From contig CAZHDO010000001.1 of NCBI GenBank assembly GCA_964531375.1, forward strand, positions 2,282 through 66,281: a stretch of DNA of 64,000 nt, written 5' to 3'. The stretch is from an uncultured Candidatus Saccharibacteria bacterium (GTDB lineage Bacteria; Patescibacteriota; Minisyncoccia; Phycocordibacterales; UBA12445). Shown in pieces: positions 27,697 to 36,288 of the stretch (its first letter is position 1; each line of letters opens with the position of its first letter). The notes beneath the pieces were generated by a model. It saw only the letters and a list, made by a program, of their open reading frames with translations, was not told where the DNA came from and did not search any database. The position numbers and the translations under genes were made by a program.

Positions 27697-28203
27697 TTAT
27701 GGGGTCTTTTCTTTTTTATACTCTAGAATTTCTTTTGAATTGTTTAAAAATCTGAGGTAGCTTTTTAGTATGTCAACTTTAAACAATGCTGAAAATTGTG
27801 ATTTATTCGGTATCGTTATAAAACCTAATTTATTTTTTTTGAGTAGATATTCAACTAAACAATAAAAGTCCCCATCTCCTGTTACAATGACCGCTTTGTC
27901 AAAATTATTAAATTGAATCATTGTATGCAGTACTAATTCCGCATCGCAGTTGCCTTTTGTGGTTCCATCTTGGTGTCCTAACGTTGGTTTAAAGATACAT
28001 TTATAACCTGTGCGATTAAGAAAATCGTACATTTTTTTATTACTTTCGACATAGCCAATAAATAGATAGGCCTCTTTTATTCCATATTTTTCTTTCAAAT
28101 AAATACGGAAACGCGCAAAATCTAAAATCCAACCCTGACTGCGTATGTTTAGGTTAAGGTTTTGACTATCTATAAAAGCGTAATTTTTTTCTTCTTTTCT
28201 CAT
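27697..28203 (-). CDS. NYN-domain (LabA-like) protein, paralog of 6316-6918
   Basis: YAFIDSQNLN...AYLFIGY...GNCDAELVLH...AVIVTGDGDFYCLVEYL shares the NYN/DUF88 pattern with the first paralog (YAFIDVQN...DVDL...SGDGDFEYLV). Confidence 0.6.
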   Translation of the reverse strand: MRKEEKNYAFIDSQNLNLNIRSQGWILDFARFRIYLKEKYGIKEAYLFIGYVESNKKMYDFLNRTGYKCIFKPTLGHQDGTTKGNCDAELVLHTMIQFNNFDKAVIVTGDGDFYCLVEYLLKKNKLGFITIPNKSQFSALFKVDILKSYLRFLNNSKEILEYKKEKTP

Positions 28204-28221
28204 TTTATTACCTTTCTCTTG

Positions 28222-29040
28222 TTATATTACATCTGCGAAATACCTCTCTGTTTTTTTGAAAGAATATGTTCCAAAGGCGAGTAGCGCGAGACAAGCGATA
28301 AGGGAAATAAAGATAAGATTCCAGTTAATTACAGCTGTATTCAATATAGCAGCTCTCGCGTTTTGAATTACCCCTGTCATTGGGTTTATGGCTAAAAGCC
28401 AGGAATATTCTCCCGCTATACTTGCAGGATAGATTACGGGAGTAAGATACATTAACATTTGAACAAAGAACGGTAGAATATATCTAAGGTCTCTGTATTT
28501 CACATTTATTGAAGCTAGAAAAAGTCCTAAGCCGACTGAAGCCATAAAGGTTATCAATAGAAGAAGTGGTATTATTAATACTCCAATTAAATTAGGCATA
28601 AAACCGTAATATATCATTAGAACTCCAAGAACAAGAAAGGCAATAGAAAAATCTACTATTTTTGTTAGAACAGAAGAGATAGGGAGGATCAGACGAGGAA
28701 AGTAAACTTTTGTTATAATAGCTTGGTTTGATATTAGACAATTGCTTGTGTCGCCGAGCGCGCTAGAAAAGAAATTCCAAAATAAAAGTCCTGTGTATAT
28801 AAAAATTGGGTAGGGAACATTATCAGATGGCATTTTCGCTAGGTTTCCGAAGAATACAGTAAAGACAAACATCGTCATGAGCGGTTGAAATATGGCCCAT
28901 CCGGCTCCTACTATTGTTTGCTTGTATCTAACCTTAAGGTCTCTCCATGTAAAAAAGTACATTAATTCTTTGTAGGCCCAAAGTTCGCGGATATCATTCC
29001 AGCTAAACATTTTTTTGGGCTTTATAATTGTTGTTGCCAT
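28222..29040 (-). CDS. wzm: Polysaccharide ABC exporter permease (ABC-2 type, Wzm/TagG-like)
   Basis: 272 aa with 6 predicted TM helices. It starts with the ABC-2 hallmark ...ELWAYKELMYFFTWRDLKVRYKQTIVGAGWAIFQPL. Confidence 0.8.
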   Translation of the reverse strand: MATTIIKPKKMFSWNDIRELWAYKELMYFFTWRDLKVRYKQTIVGAGWAIFQPLMTMFVFTVFFGNLAKMPSDNVPYPIFIYTGLLFWNFFSSALGDTSNCLISNQAIITKVYFPRLILPISSVLTKIVDFSIAFLVLGVLMIYYGFMPNLIGVLIIPLLLLITFMASVGLGLFLASINVKYRDLRYILPFFVQMLMYLTPVIYPASIAGEYSWLLAINPMTGVIQNARAAILNTAVINWNLIFISLIACLALLAFGTYSFKKTERYFADVI

Positions 29041-29065
29041 TTTAATTATTTATTTATGTTTTATT

Positions 29066-29314
29066 CTACCACTTATTTATTTTCTTAACGACTTTTTTCT
29101 TTAATTTTAGGTAAGAGTCGACTGCTTCTTTTTCGACTGTAGGGGATACGAGTCTAAGAATTTCTTTCCCCAGTATTCTATATTGTCCACCGACTTTATT
29201 TGCTCTTATAAGTCCTTTTTTTAAAAGGCGCTTTATAGTGCTCGTACTTATCTTTAATAAGTCTTGTGTTTCTGCTGTTGTATATACGATATTTTTCTTT
29301 ATTTCTCTATCCAT
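29066..29314 (-). CDS. Small helix-turn-helix DNA-binding protein (excisionase/MerR-like HTH_17 family)
   Basis: YTTAETQDLLKISTSTIKRLLKKGLIRANKVGGQYRI is an HTH_17 motif. It is divergent from the RhuM/Fic gene. Confidence 0.55.
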   Translation of the reverse strand: MDREIKKNIVYTTAETQDLLKISTSTIKRLLKKGLIRANKVGGQYRILGKEILRLVSPTVEKEAVDSYLKLKKKVVKKINKW

Positions 29315-29343
29315 AACTTGCTATCTATTGTACTACAACCAGA

Positions 29344-29363
29344 AAAGGTGTCAAAAGGTGTCA
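29344..29363. promoter_or_regulatory. Tandem direct repeat aaaggtgtca x2 in the divergent promoter region (candidate operator); extended -10 tgatataat at about 29390-29398
   Basis: A perfect 10-bp tandem duplication sits between the divergently oriented HTH gene and the RhuM/Fic gene. Confidence 0.35.
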
Positions 29364-29452
29364 GGTTGTTTTTGAGTTTTTGGGGAAATTTGATATAATT
29401 ACAATAAGCTTTGTAACCAAAAACAATCTGTTGCGGTTTAAATAAGAGAAGA

Positions 29453-30490
29453 ATGTTTTTAAATAAAATGAAAAAAGAAAATAAGAATATTGGGGAAAAT
29501 TTAAATAAGAGTGAGATTGTTATTTATCAAGATAAAGATAAACGTATCTTTGTAGACGCTGTTCTTGATGAAGATACTGTTTGGTTAAATTTAGATCAAA
29601 TGTCTGTCTTGTTTGATAGGGATAAGTCTGTTATTTCTCGACATATTAAAAATATTTTTGTAGAAAAGGAATTGAGCTATAGTTCAGTTGTTGCAAATTT
29701 TGCAACAACTGCCGCTGATGGAAAAACGTATAAGGTGGATTACTATAATTTAGATATTATTATCTCTGTGGGTTATAGGGTTAAATCAAAAAATGGCGTA
29801 AGTTTTAGAATTTGGGCGACAAAAACTCTCAAGGATCACATTATTAAAGGGTATACATTGAATGCTGATAGGTTAGAAGAAATAAAAGCAAAACAGTTTT
29901 GTGAATTTGAACAAGCGGTTGGTTTGATTAAAAAGACAATAGAAACTAGACAGCTTTCCGGAGGTGAGGAAAGCGGCCTTTTAAAGGTGATTACAGAATA
30001 CACTAACTCCTGGTTGTTATTGCAAAAATACGATGAAGATGGTTTATTTTTGCCAAAGAAGGCAAAAAAATCTTCGTTTTCACTCGAATATGATTTTGCG
30101 TTAAAGGCAATTTCTAATTTAAAGCAAGATTTGATTAAAAAAGGCGAGGCGAGCGCTCTTTTTGGTACAGAAAGATCAAGTCTTCAGGGGATAATAGGAA
30201 ATATTTATCAGACTTTCGGAGGCTCGGAATTATATTTGAGCATAGAAGAGAAGGCGGCACATCTTCTTTATTTTATAATTAAGGACCATCCTTTTTCAGA
30301 TGGAAATAAACGCATTGGTTCTTTTTTGTTTATCGTTTTTCTGGCCCAGAATAAACATTTACTTAAGAGTAACGGCGATAAGAAGATAAATGATAACGCT
30401 TTAGTGGCTATTGCTTTACTTGTGGCGGAAAGTGATCCATTGCACAAAGACACATTGATTAAACTGATAACTAACTTAATTATTGATTAA
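29453..30490 (+). CDS. RhuM-family N-terminal domain fused to a C-terminal Fic/Doc (death-on-curing type) domain
   Basis: GKTYKVDYYNLDIIISVGYRVKSKNGVSFRIWATKTL is the RhuM signature. HPFSDGNKRIGSF matches the Doc/Fic motif HxFx(D/N)GNKR. Confidence 0.7.
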   Translation: MFLNKMKKENKNIGENLNKSEIVIYQDKDKRIFVDAVLDEDTVWLNLDQMSVLFDRDKSVISRHIKNIFVEKELSYSSVVANFATTAADGKTYKVDYYNLDIIISVGYRVKSKNGVSFRIWATKTLKDHIIKGYTLNADRLEEIKAKQFCEFEQAVGLIKKTIETRQLSGGEESGLLKVITEYTNSWLLLQKYDEDGLFLPKKAKKSSFSLEYDFALKAISNLKQDLIKKGEASALFGTERSSLQGIIGNIYQTFGGSELYLSIEEKAAHLLYFIIKDHPFSDGNKRIGSFLFIVFLAQNKHLLKSNGDKKINDNALVAIALLVAESDPLHKDTLIKLITNLIID

Positions 30491-30493
30491 AAT

Positions 30494-31339
30494 ATGAAAT
30501 ATAAAATTGGAGTGGCTGGGGTTGGTATGGTTGGTGCACAGGTGAAAAAATGGTTTGAATTAAAAAAGTTTGAAGTTTTTGCTTATGACAGTTTTAAAAA
30601 TATTGGTAAATTTGAGGATTTGCAATCGGCTGATATTGTTTTCGTCTGTTTGCCAACGCCACATAGTAAAAGAAGCGATACTGGGGTGGATGTTGAGGTT
30701 TTTAAGAAATTCTTCCGCAATTTTAATGGGCCTAAAATTTTTGTAATAAAATCGACAGTTCCGCCAGGAACCACTGAGTTTCTTCAAGAAGCTTTTCCTG
30801 ATTACTCTTTTCTTCATAGTCCGGAATTTCTCACTGAGTCTACTGCTTGGGAGGATTTTTCTAAGCCAGTTTTTCAATTACTAGGATATACGGAAAAAAG
30901 TAAGAATATCGCCAACGACGTTATAAAGATATTACCAAGAGGAAAGGTAAACGAGGTGGTAAGAAGTAATGAAAGTGAAATATTTAAATTTACTCGAAAC
31001 GCTTTCTTCGCAATGAAGGTAATTTTTGCTAATCAGATATATGATTTGTCTCAAAAATTCGGTGCTGATTATGATGTTCTTAAGAAATTAATGTTGGCGG
31101 ACCCTTGGATTGGTGGACATCATTTAGAGGTTATTCACAAGGGTTATCGAGGTTTTGGTGGAAAATGTTTACCAAAAGATTTAAAGACCTTTATCAAAGT
31201 GTTTGAAAAAAAGAGAGTTACACCCTCGCTGTTTAATGTCGTAGATCAGATTAATGAAACCATGTTAAAAAAACAAAAACTAGGAGAAACTTTAAAAAAA
31301 TATTGGTTAGGTAATTATAATGAGCCAGAAAAAAAATAA
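30494..31339 (+). CDS. Nucleotide-sugar dehydrogenase (UDP-glucose/GDP-mannose dehydrogenase family) lacking the C-terminal UDP-binding domain
   Basis: KIGVAGVGMVG is the Rossmann motif. IKSTVPPGTT, SPEFLTESTA and the catalytic-Cys motif GGKCLPKD all match the family. The ORF ends about 100 aa early and overlaps the galE start by 20 nt. Confidence 0.6.
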   Translation: MKYKIGVAGVGMVGAQVKKWFELKKFEVFAYDSFKNIGKFEDLQSADIVFVCLPTPHSKRSDTGVDVEVFKKFFRNFNGPKIFVIKSTVPPGTTEFLQEAFPDYSFLHSPEFLTESTAWEDFSKPVFQLLGYTEKSKNIANDVIKILPRGKVNEVVRSNESEIFKFTRNAFFAMKVIFANQIYDLSQKFGADYDVLKKLMLADPWIGGHHLEVIHKGYRGFGGKCLPKDLKTFIKVFEKKRVTPSLFNVVDQINETMLKKQKLGETLKKYWLGNYNEPEKK

Positions 31340-32342
31340 AAAAGTTTTAATAACTGGAGCTGGTGGTTATATTGGTTCGATTACAACTTACACTTTTCTT
31401 AAAAAAGGTTATGAGGTGGTTGCTGTTGATAATTTCTCTAGAGGATATCGAGAGCCAGTTTCTTTCTTGCAGAAAAAGTTTGGTGAAAATAAATTAAGAT
31501 TTTATGAGGCTGATTTAAACAATAATATTGATTCTGTTTTTGAAAAAGAAAAAGATATTAGTGTGGTTGTTCATTTTGCTGCCTTTTGTCTGGTTAATGA
31601 ATCAATGGAGGATCCTTTTAGGTATTTTAATAATAATTTTTTTGGTTCAGTGAGGCTTCTTGAGGCTATACAGAAAAATGGTGTAAAAAATATAGTATTT
31701 TCTTCGACCTGTGCAACTTATGGTAATGCTGAGTATTTACCAATTAACGAAAAACATCCACAAAATCCGTCCAATCCTTATGGAGAATCTAAGCTATTGG
31801 TAGAAAAGGCAATTAAGTGGCTGGGTAAACTTCAAGGTTTAAATTATTTTATCTTTAGATACTTTAATGTGTGTGGTGCTTCTGATGATGGACTGATCGG
31901 AGATTCCAAGAAGCCATCTGCGCTTCTTGTGCAGAACGCAGTTAAGGGTGCACTCAATATATCTGAGTTCTCTTTAACTTGCCCGCATGTCGATACTAAA
32001 GATAGTACTCCAATACGAGATTATGTTAATGTGGTTGACCTTGCAGAGGCGCATCTTCTTGCTGTTGAGTATTTATTAAAAAATGAAGGACAAGAAATTG
32101 TGAACCTTGGTACCGGTAAAGGTAATTCTGTTTTGGAAATAATCAAAAAAGTTGAGAAAGTCACTGGACATAAATTTGATATTAAAAGATCTGAGGCCAG
32201 AAAGGGTGAAGATAAAGAACTTGTAGCCGATATTCGTAAGGCGAAAAAAATCTTGAACTGGAAACCAAAAAGAACAATAGAGGATAGTATTTTGTCATTA
32301 GTAAAATGGTATAAAAAACATCCAAATGGCTGGTCAAAATAA
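31320..32342 (+). CDS. galE: UDP-glucose 4-epimerase
   Basis: VLITGAGGYIGS, YGESKLLVE (YxxxK) and a 340-aa length are typical of GalE. Confidence 0.8.
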   Translation: MSQKKNKKVLITGAGGYIGSITTYTFLKKGYEVVAVDNFSRGYREPVSFLQKKFGENKLRFYEADLNNNIDSVFEKEKDISVVVHFAAFCLVNESMEDPFRYFNNNFFGSVRLLEAIQKNGVKNIVFSSTCATYGNAEYLPINEKHPQNPSNPYGESKLLVEKAIKWLGKLQGLNYFIFRYFNVCGASDDGLIGDSKKPSALLVQNAVKGALNISEFSLTCPHVDTKDSTPIRDYVNVVDLAEAHLLAVEYLLKNEGQEIVNLGTGKGNSVLEIIKKVEKVTGHKFDIKRSEARKGEDKELVADIRKAKKILNWKPKRTIEDSILSLVKWYKKHPNGWSK

Positions 32343-33315
32343 AAAAGTTTTAATAACAGGAACGGCTGGGTTTATTGGTTTTAATACAGCGAAGAGACTT
32401 CTTGATGAAGGGGTGTCTGTTGTTGGCGTTGATTGTTTTACTCCGTATTATGATATTAAAATAAAGAAAAAAAGAAACGAGATTCTTTTAAAATATCCTA
32501 ATTATAAATTTTATAAAAAAGATATTTCTGTTTATTCGAATGTCGATAAAATAATAAAAAAAGAAAAACCAGATTCTATTATTCATCTGGCAGCACAAGC
32601 AGGCGTGAGATACTCTCTGGTTAATCCTTGGGCCTATGTTGATGCGAATTACTTAGGGACCTTGAATATTTTTGAAGGTGCTAAAAATAATGGAATTAAG
32701 AAAGTTATTTATGCTTCTTCTAGTTCCGTGTATGGAAGTAATAAAAAAATGCCTTTTTCTGAGAGCGATAGAACAGATAACCCAATTTCGATTTATGCAG
32801 CTTCTAAAAAAGCCAACGAAGTTTTGGCTCATTCTTATTACCATCTTTACGGAATAGAGTCTGCAGGACTTAGATTTTTCACTGTTTACGGAGAATATGG
32901 TCGTCCTGATATGGCGCTTTTTAAATTTGCAAAAAATATTTTACTCGAAAAGGAAATTGAAGTGTACGGTGAGGGTAAAATGGCTCGAGATTTTACATAC
33001 ATAGATGATATTGTTTCTGGAATAATTGGAGCACTTAACAAAGAAAGTCTTGGCTATGAAATTTATAATCTTGGAGGTGGTCAGAGGGTGGCGCTGATGG
33101 AGTATGTGAAATTAATCGAAAAGAATATCGGTAAGACAGCTAAAATAAAAATGTTACCGATGCAGGCAGGGGACGTGAGAGAGACAAGTGCGGATATAAA
33201 TAAGGCAAAAAAAGAAATTGGATATGAACCAAAAACAAGGGTTGAGGTTGGAATTGAAAAATTTGTAAATTGGTTTTTGGATAATCAGAAGTGGCTTTTA
33301 AAGCTTAAGGACTAA
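32326..33315 (+). CDS. NAD-dependent nucleotide-sugar epimerase (UDP-glucuronate/UDP-GlcNAc 4-epimerase-like, WbnF/Cap1J type)
   Basis: VLITGTAGFIGFNTAKRL, YAASKKANE and HLAAQAGVRYS are present. Confidence 0.8.
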   Translation: MAGQNKKVLITGTAGFIGFNTAKRLLDEGVSVVGVDCFTPYYDIKIKKKRNEILLKYPNYKFYKKDISVYSNVDKIIKKEKPDSIIHLAAQAGVRYSLVNPWAYVDANYLGTLNIFEGAKNNGIKKVIYASSSSVYGSNKKMPFSESDRTDNPISIYAASKKANEVLAHSYYHLYGIESAGLRFFTVYGEYGRPDMALFKFAKNILLEKEIEVYGEGKMARDFTYIDDIVSGIIGALNKESLGYEIYNLGGGQRVALMEYVKLIEKNIGKTAKIKMLPMQAGDVRETSADINKAKKEIGYEPKTRVEVGIEKFVNWFLDNQKWLLKLKD

Positions 33316-33516
33316 TGAATATTAGGATGAGTTATAATTGCACCCTTGTCTGGGTGTAATTTTGTTTTAATACAACACAAAGTAATAATTCCGCAAATAT
33401 TTAAATATATTTTGGTTGTGGTATATTATATATGTATAGTATTAATAAGTGTCGCTATTGGGTTAATTTTTAAAAACATTATTAATTATTATTAATTTAG
33501 ATATGGTTGTGCGTTT

Positions 33517-35760
33517 GTGCGCCTATCTCCAATTAGAATGAATAAAATAAGTGCAAGCACAGAAAGCGTGCTAAGAAATATAATCATAGGAGGGTTGTTT
33601 CTAGTGCCGTTTTTACCATTTATAGTTACAGGCTCGATGTTCTTTCCTTTTATCACAGGGAAGAATTTTGCTTTTCGCATAATCATTGAAATTATTTTTT
33701 CGATTTGGGCGATTCTTGCTGTTTTTGATAAGAGCCTTATTCCTAAGAAAAATAATTTACTGCTGGCTGTAGGTAGTTTTGTTGGAATAATCGCAATTGC
33801 TGATATTTTAGGGGTCAATTTTTATCGAAGTTTTTGGTCAAATTATGAAAGAATGGAAGGTTTAGTTTCTTTACTCCATATTTTTGCATATTTTATTTTG
33901 CTTATTTCTGTTTTTACAGAGAGTCTTTGGAGGAAATACTTTAAGGCTATTTTCATTTCAGGAATTGGTTTAATGGTTTACGGTGCGATACAGCTAATGG
34001 GTTGGGCGAACATTAATCAGGGCGGAGTTCGTTTGGATGCGACTTTTGGTAATACCATATACTTTGCCGTTCACATGTTGTTTATTTGTTTCTTATCAGC
34101 GCTCTTTCTTTTCCGAAACAAGATCGGGAATAATGCAAAAACCTGGTTTTATGGTTTGATGTCTTTGTTTTCTGCTTTTTTCCTTTTAGAAACTGCGACC
34201 AGGGGCACCGCTATTGGATTATTGCTTGGTATTGTAACAGCCGCACTCATCGTTTTCTATAAAAGTACCGGCCAACATAAAGAGATTGCAAAATATGTAA
34301 TGGGATCTGTTGTCGCTTTGCTTGTGATTTTCTTATTTGCAAGAAATTTAAGTTTTGTAAAAGAAAGCCCTATTCTTGGTAGATACGCTGAATTGTCCAT
34401 ATCAAGTGTCTTTAATCAGCCAAGATATATGGTTTGGAACATGGCTTTCAAGGGGTTTTTAGAAAATCCAATATTGGGTTGGGGGCAGGATAACTTTAAT
34501 GTAGTGTTTAATAAGTACTATGACCCAAGAATGTACGCACAGGAGCCATGGTTTGATAGGGCTCATGACGTATTTTTTGACTGGTTAATAGCTGGTGGTC
34601 TTCTTGGGCTTTTGTCTTACCTTTCTATTTTTGCAGTTGCTTTGTTTTTTATCTGGGATGAGAAAATAACACGAAGATTTACTCTTGTTGATAGAAGTGT
34701 GATTACGGGCCTTCTTGTTGGTTATTTCGTTCATAATATATTTGTTTTTGACAACCTTATGAGCTATGCGATGTTTTTCGCTATTATCGCTTATATTTAC
34801 AATGAAACTAGATATCAAGATGGTGATGTTAAATTAGAAGATAAAGGAGAAAGAAAGGTTGAACCTTTTCTCGAAGAAGAGTTTGCTGCTTACGTTGCAA
34901 TTTCTTTAGTGATTGTTGGCTTCTTTGGAACTATGTATTTTGTTAATGTAAAACCTATTCTTGCTTCAAAAACTCTCATTCAAGCGCTGTCTACAAGAAG
35001 CTCTTCGGTGAATGATATGAACCAAAGCTTAGATATGTTTAAAAAAGTTTTCTCTTACGGTTCTTTTGGGACCACAGAGGCAAGGGAACAATTAGTGCAA
35101 AGAGCAATAAGTATGTCTCGTGCACAAGATATAGATAATTCTATTAAACAAAACTTTTTCCTTCTTGCAAGAGATGAGATGGAAAAACAGATTGCTGCTA
35201 ATCCGTTAGACGCTAGATATCGGGTTTTCCAAAGCTCACTATTTTCTGCTTATGGTCTTGTTAGTGAAGCCATGAAGAATATTGAGATTGCAAGAGACCT
35301 GTCTCCTAAAAAACAAACTATTCTTTTTGAGCTGGTTGCTGCAAATATAAACAAGGGTGATATAGAGACTGCGCTGTCTATTGCTAAGAACGCTTATGAC
35401 TTGGAGCCAACTTTCGCGGAGTCTAGAAATATTTACACCATCGCTGCTATTTATGCTGGTAAAAATGACGTTGTAGTAGAATTACTAGGAACAAGTACTC
35501 CGCCAGTAGAAGATCGATTCATAAATGCTTATGTTGCAACAAAGCAATACAAGAAAGTTGCTGAGATTTGGTTAAAGAGGATCGAAATGGACCCAAAGAA
35601 TGCCCAGTATCATGTCTATCTCTCTGCGACATATTTAGCGGACAAGCAAAAGGAAAAATCAATTGAAGAGCTTAAAAAGGCGATTGAATTAAATCCAGCC
35701 CTAAAAGACCAAGCAACAAAATTTATAAAAGATATTAGAGCCGGAAAAGTTCCACAGTAA
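33517..35760 (+). CDS. O-antigen ligase/polymerase-like (Wzy_C) polytopic membrane protein with a C-terminal TPR repeat domain; GTG start at 33517 or ATG at 33538
   Basis: There are about 11 TM helices with a large loop (GWGQDNFNVVFNKYYDP) typical of the O-antigen ligase family. The C-terminal 250 aa carry TPR-like repeats (AYDLEPTFAE..., IELNPALKDQA). Confidence 0.7.
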   Translation: MRLSPIRMNKISASTESVLRNIIIGGLFLVPFLPFIVTGSMFFPFITGKNFAFRIIIEIIFSIWAILAVFDKSLIPKKNNLLLAVGSFVGIIAIADILGVNFYRSFWSNYERMEGLVSLLHIFAYFILLISVFTESLWRKYFKAIFISGIGLMVYGAIQLMGWANINQGGVRLDATFGNTIYFAVHMLFICFLSALFLFRNKIGNNAKTWFYGLMSLFSAFFLLETATRGTAIGLLLGIVTAALIVFYKSTGQHKEIAKYVMGSVVALLVIFLFARNLSFVKESPILGRYAELSISSVFNQPRYMVWNMAFKGFLENPILGWGQDNFNVVFNKYYDPRMYAQEPWFDRAHDVFFDWLIAGGLLGLLSYLSIFAVALFFIWDEKITRRFTLVDRSVITGLLVGYFVHNIFVFDNLMSYAMFFAIIAYIYNETRYQDGDVKLEDKGERKVEPFLEEEFAAYVAISLVIVGFFGTMYFVNVKPILASKTLIQALSTRSSSVNDMNQSLDMFKKVFSYGSFGTTEAREQLVQRAISMSRAQDIDNSIKQNFFLLARDEMEKQIAANPLDARYRVFQSSLFSAYGLVSEAMKNIEIARDLSPKKQTILFELVAANINKGDIETALSIAKNAYDLEPTFAESRNIYTIAAIYAGKNDVVVELLGTSTPPVEDRFINAYVATKQYKKVAEIWLKRIEMDPKNAQYHVYLSATYLADKQKEKSIEELKKAIELNPALKDQATKFIKDIRAGKVPQ

Positions 35761-35856
35761 AGTTTGAATAAAATATTTCTTGGTGTTATGATGTCTGTGT
35801 GAGTGTTGTTCGGTGATAAATATTTTATTGAACGGACCTCCATAAACAAGTACAGT

Positions 35857-35900
35857 GCAAACCCCTTCGTCTATTTATAGATGTCGGGGTTTTGCATTTT
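35857..35900 (+). terminator. Terminator hairpin after the ligase gene (gcaaacccc...ggggttttgc plus atttt)
   Basis: A 9-10-bp GC-rich stem with a 20-nt loop and a T-tract. Confidence 0.45.
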
Positions 35901-36288
35901 ATAAATGTAATGCTAAAATATCTAATAGAGTTACATTTAGTTAAGATTGGCGGAACGCTCACATTTTTTGTACTTGTGGAGGTAGTATCCGCCGATCTTA
36001 AGTAATTGAAATTTCTTTTAAAAAGGCGGAAAAATATTTCCGTCTTTTTTATTTTGTAAAATAGTTTATTTTAGATTTATTTTTCTAAAACATATTATTT
36101 TTAAATTTTTTCTTAAATATTTTTTGGAAAATTATAGAAAAAGTTATCCACATCTTACATTATTTTTTTATCTGTGAGATAATTAACAAATAGAGCGACA
36201 TCTTAATTAAGAATTTTAAAATATTTTTAAAATATTTTAAAAAATTAAAAAGGTCGGATGTCGTCTAATATCTAAATAAAAAAATAAA

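Noticed and set aside
29066-30490. Calling the HTH plus RhuM/Fic region a prophage or integrative element
   Set aside because: No integrase, recombinase, terminase or att-like tRNA junction is nearby. Only a two-gene module is supported.
30494-31339. Annotating the short nucleotide-sugar dehydrogenase homolog outright as a pseudogene
   Set aside because: The ORF is intact from start to stop and is translationally coupled to galE. Truncation versus a naturally short form cannot be decided from sequence alone.
33492-33818. The minus-strand ORF 33492-33818 overlapping the ligase gene start
   Set aside because: It is antisense to the strongly hydrophobic N-terminus of the O-antigen-ligase-like protein. 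It is a shadow ORF.
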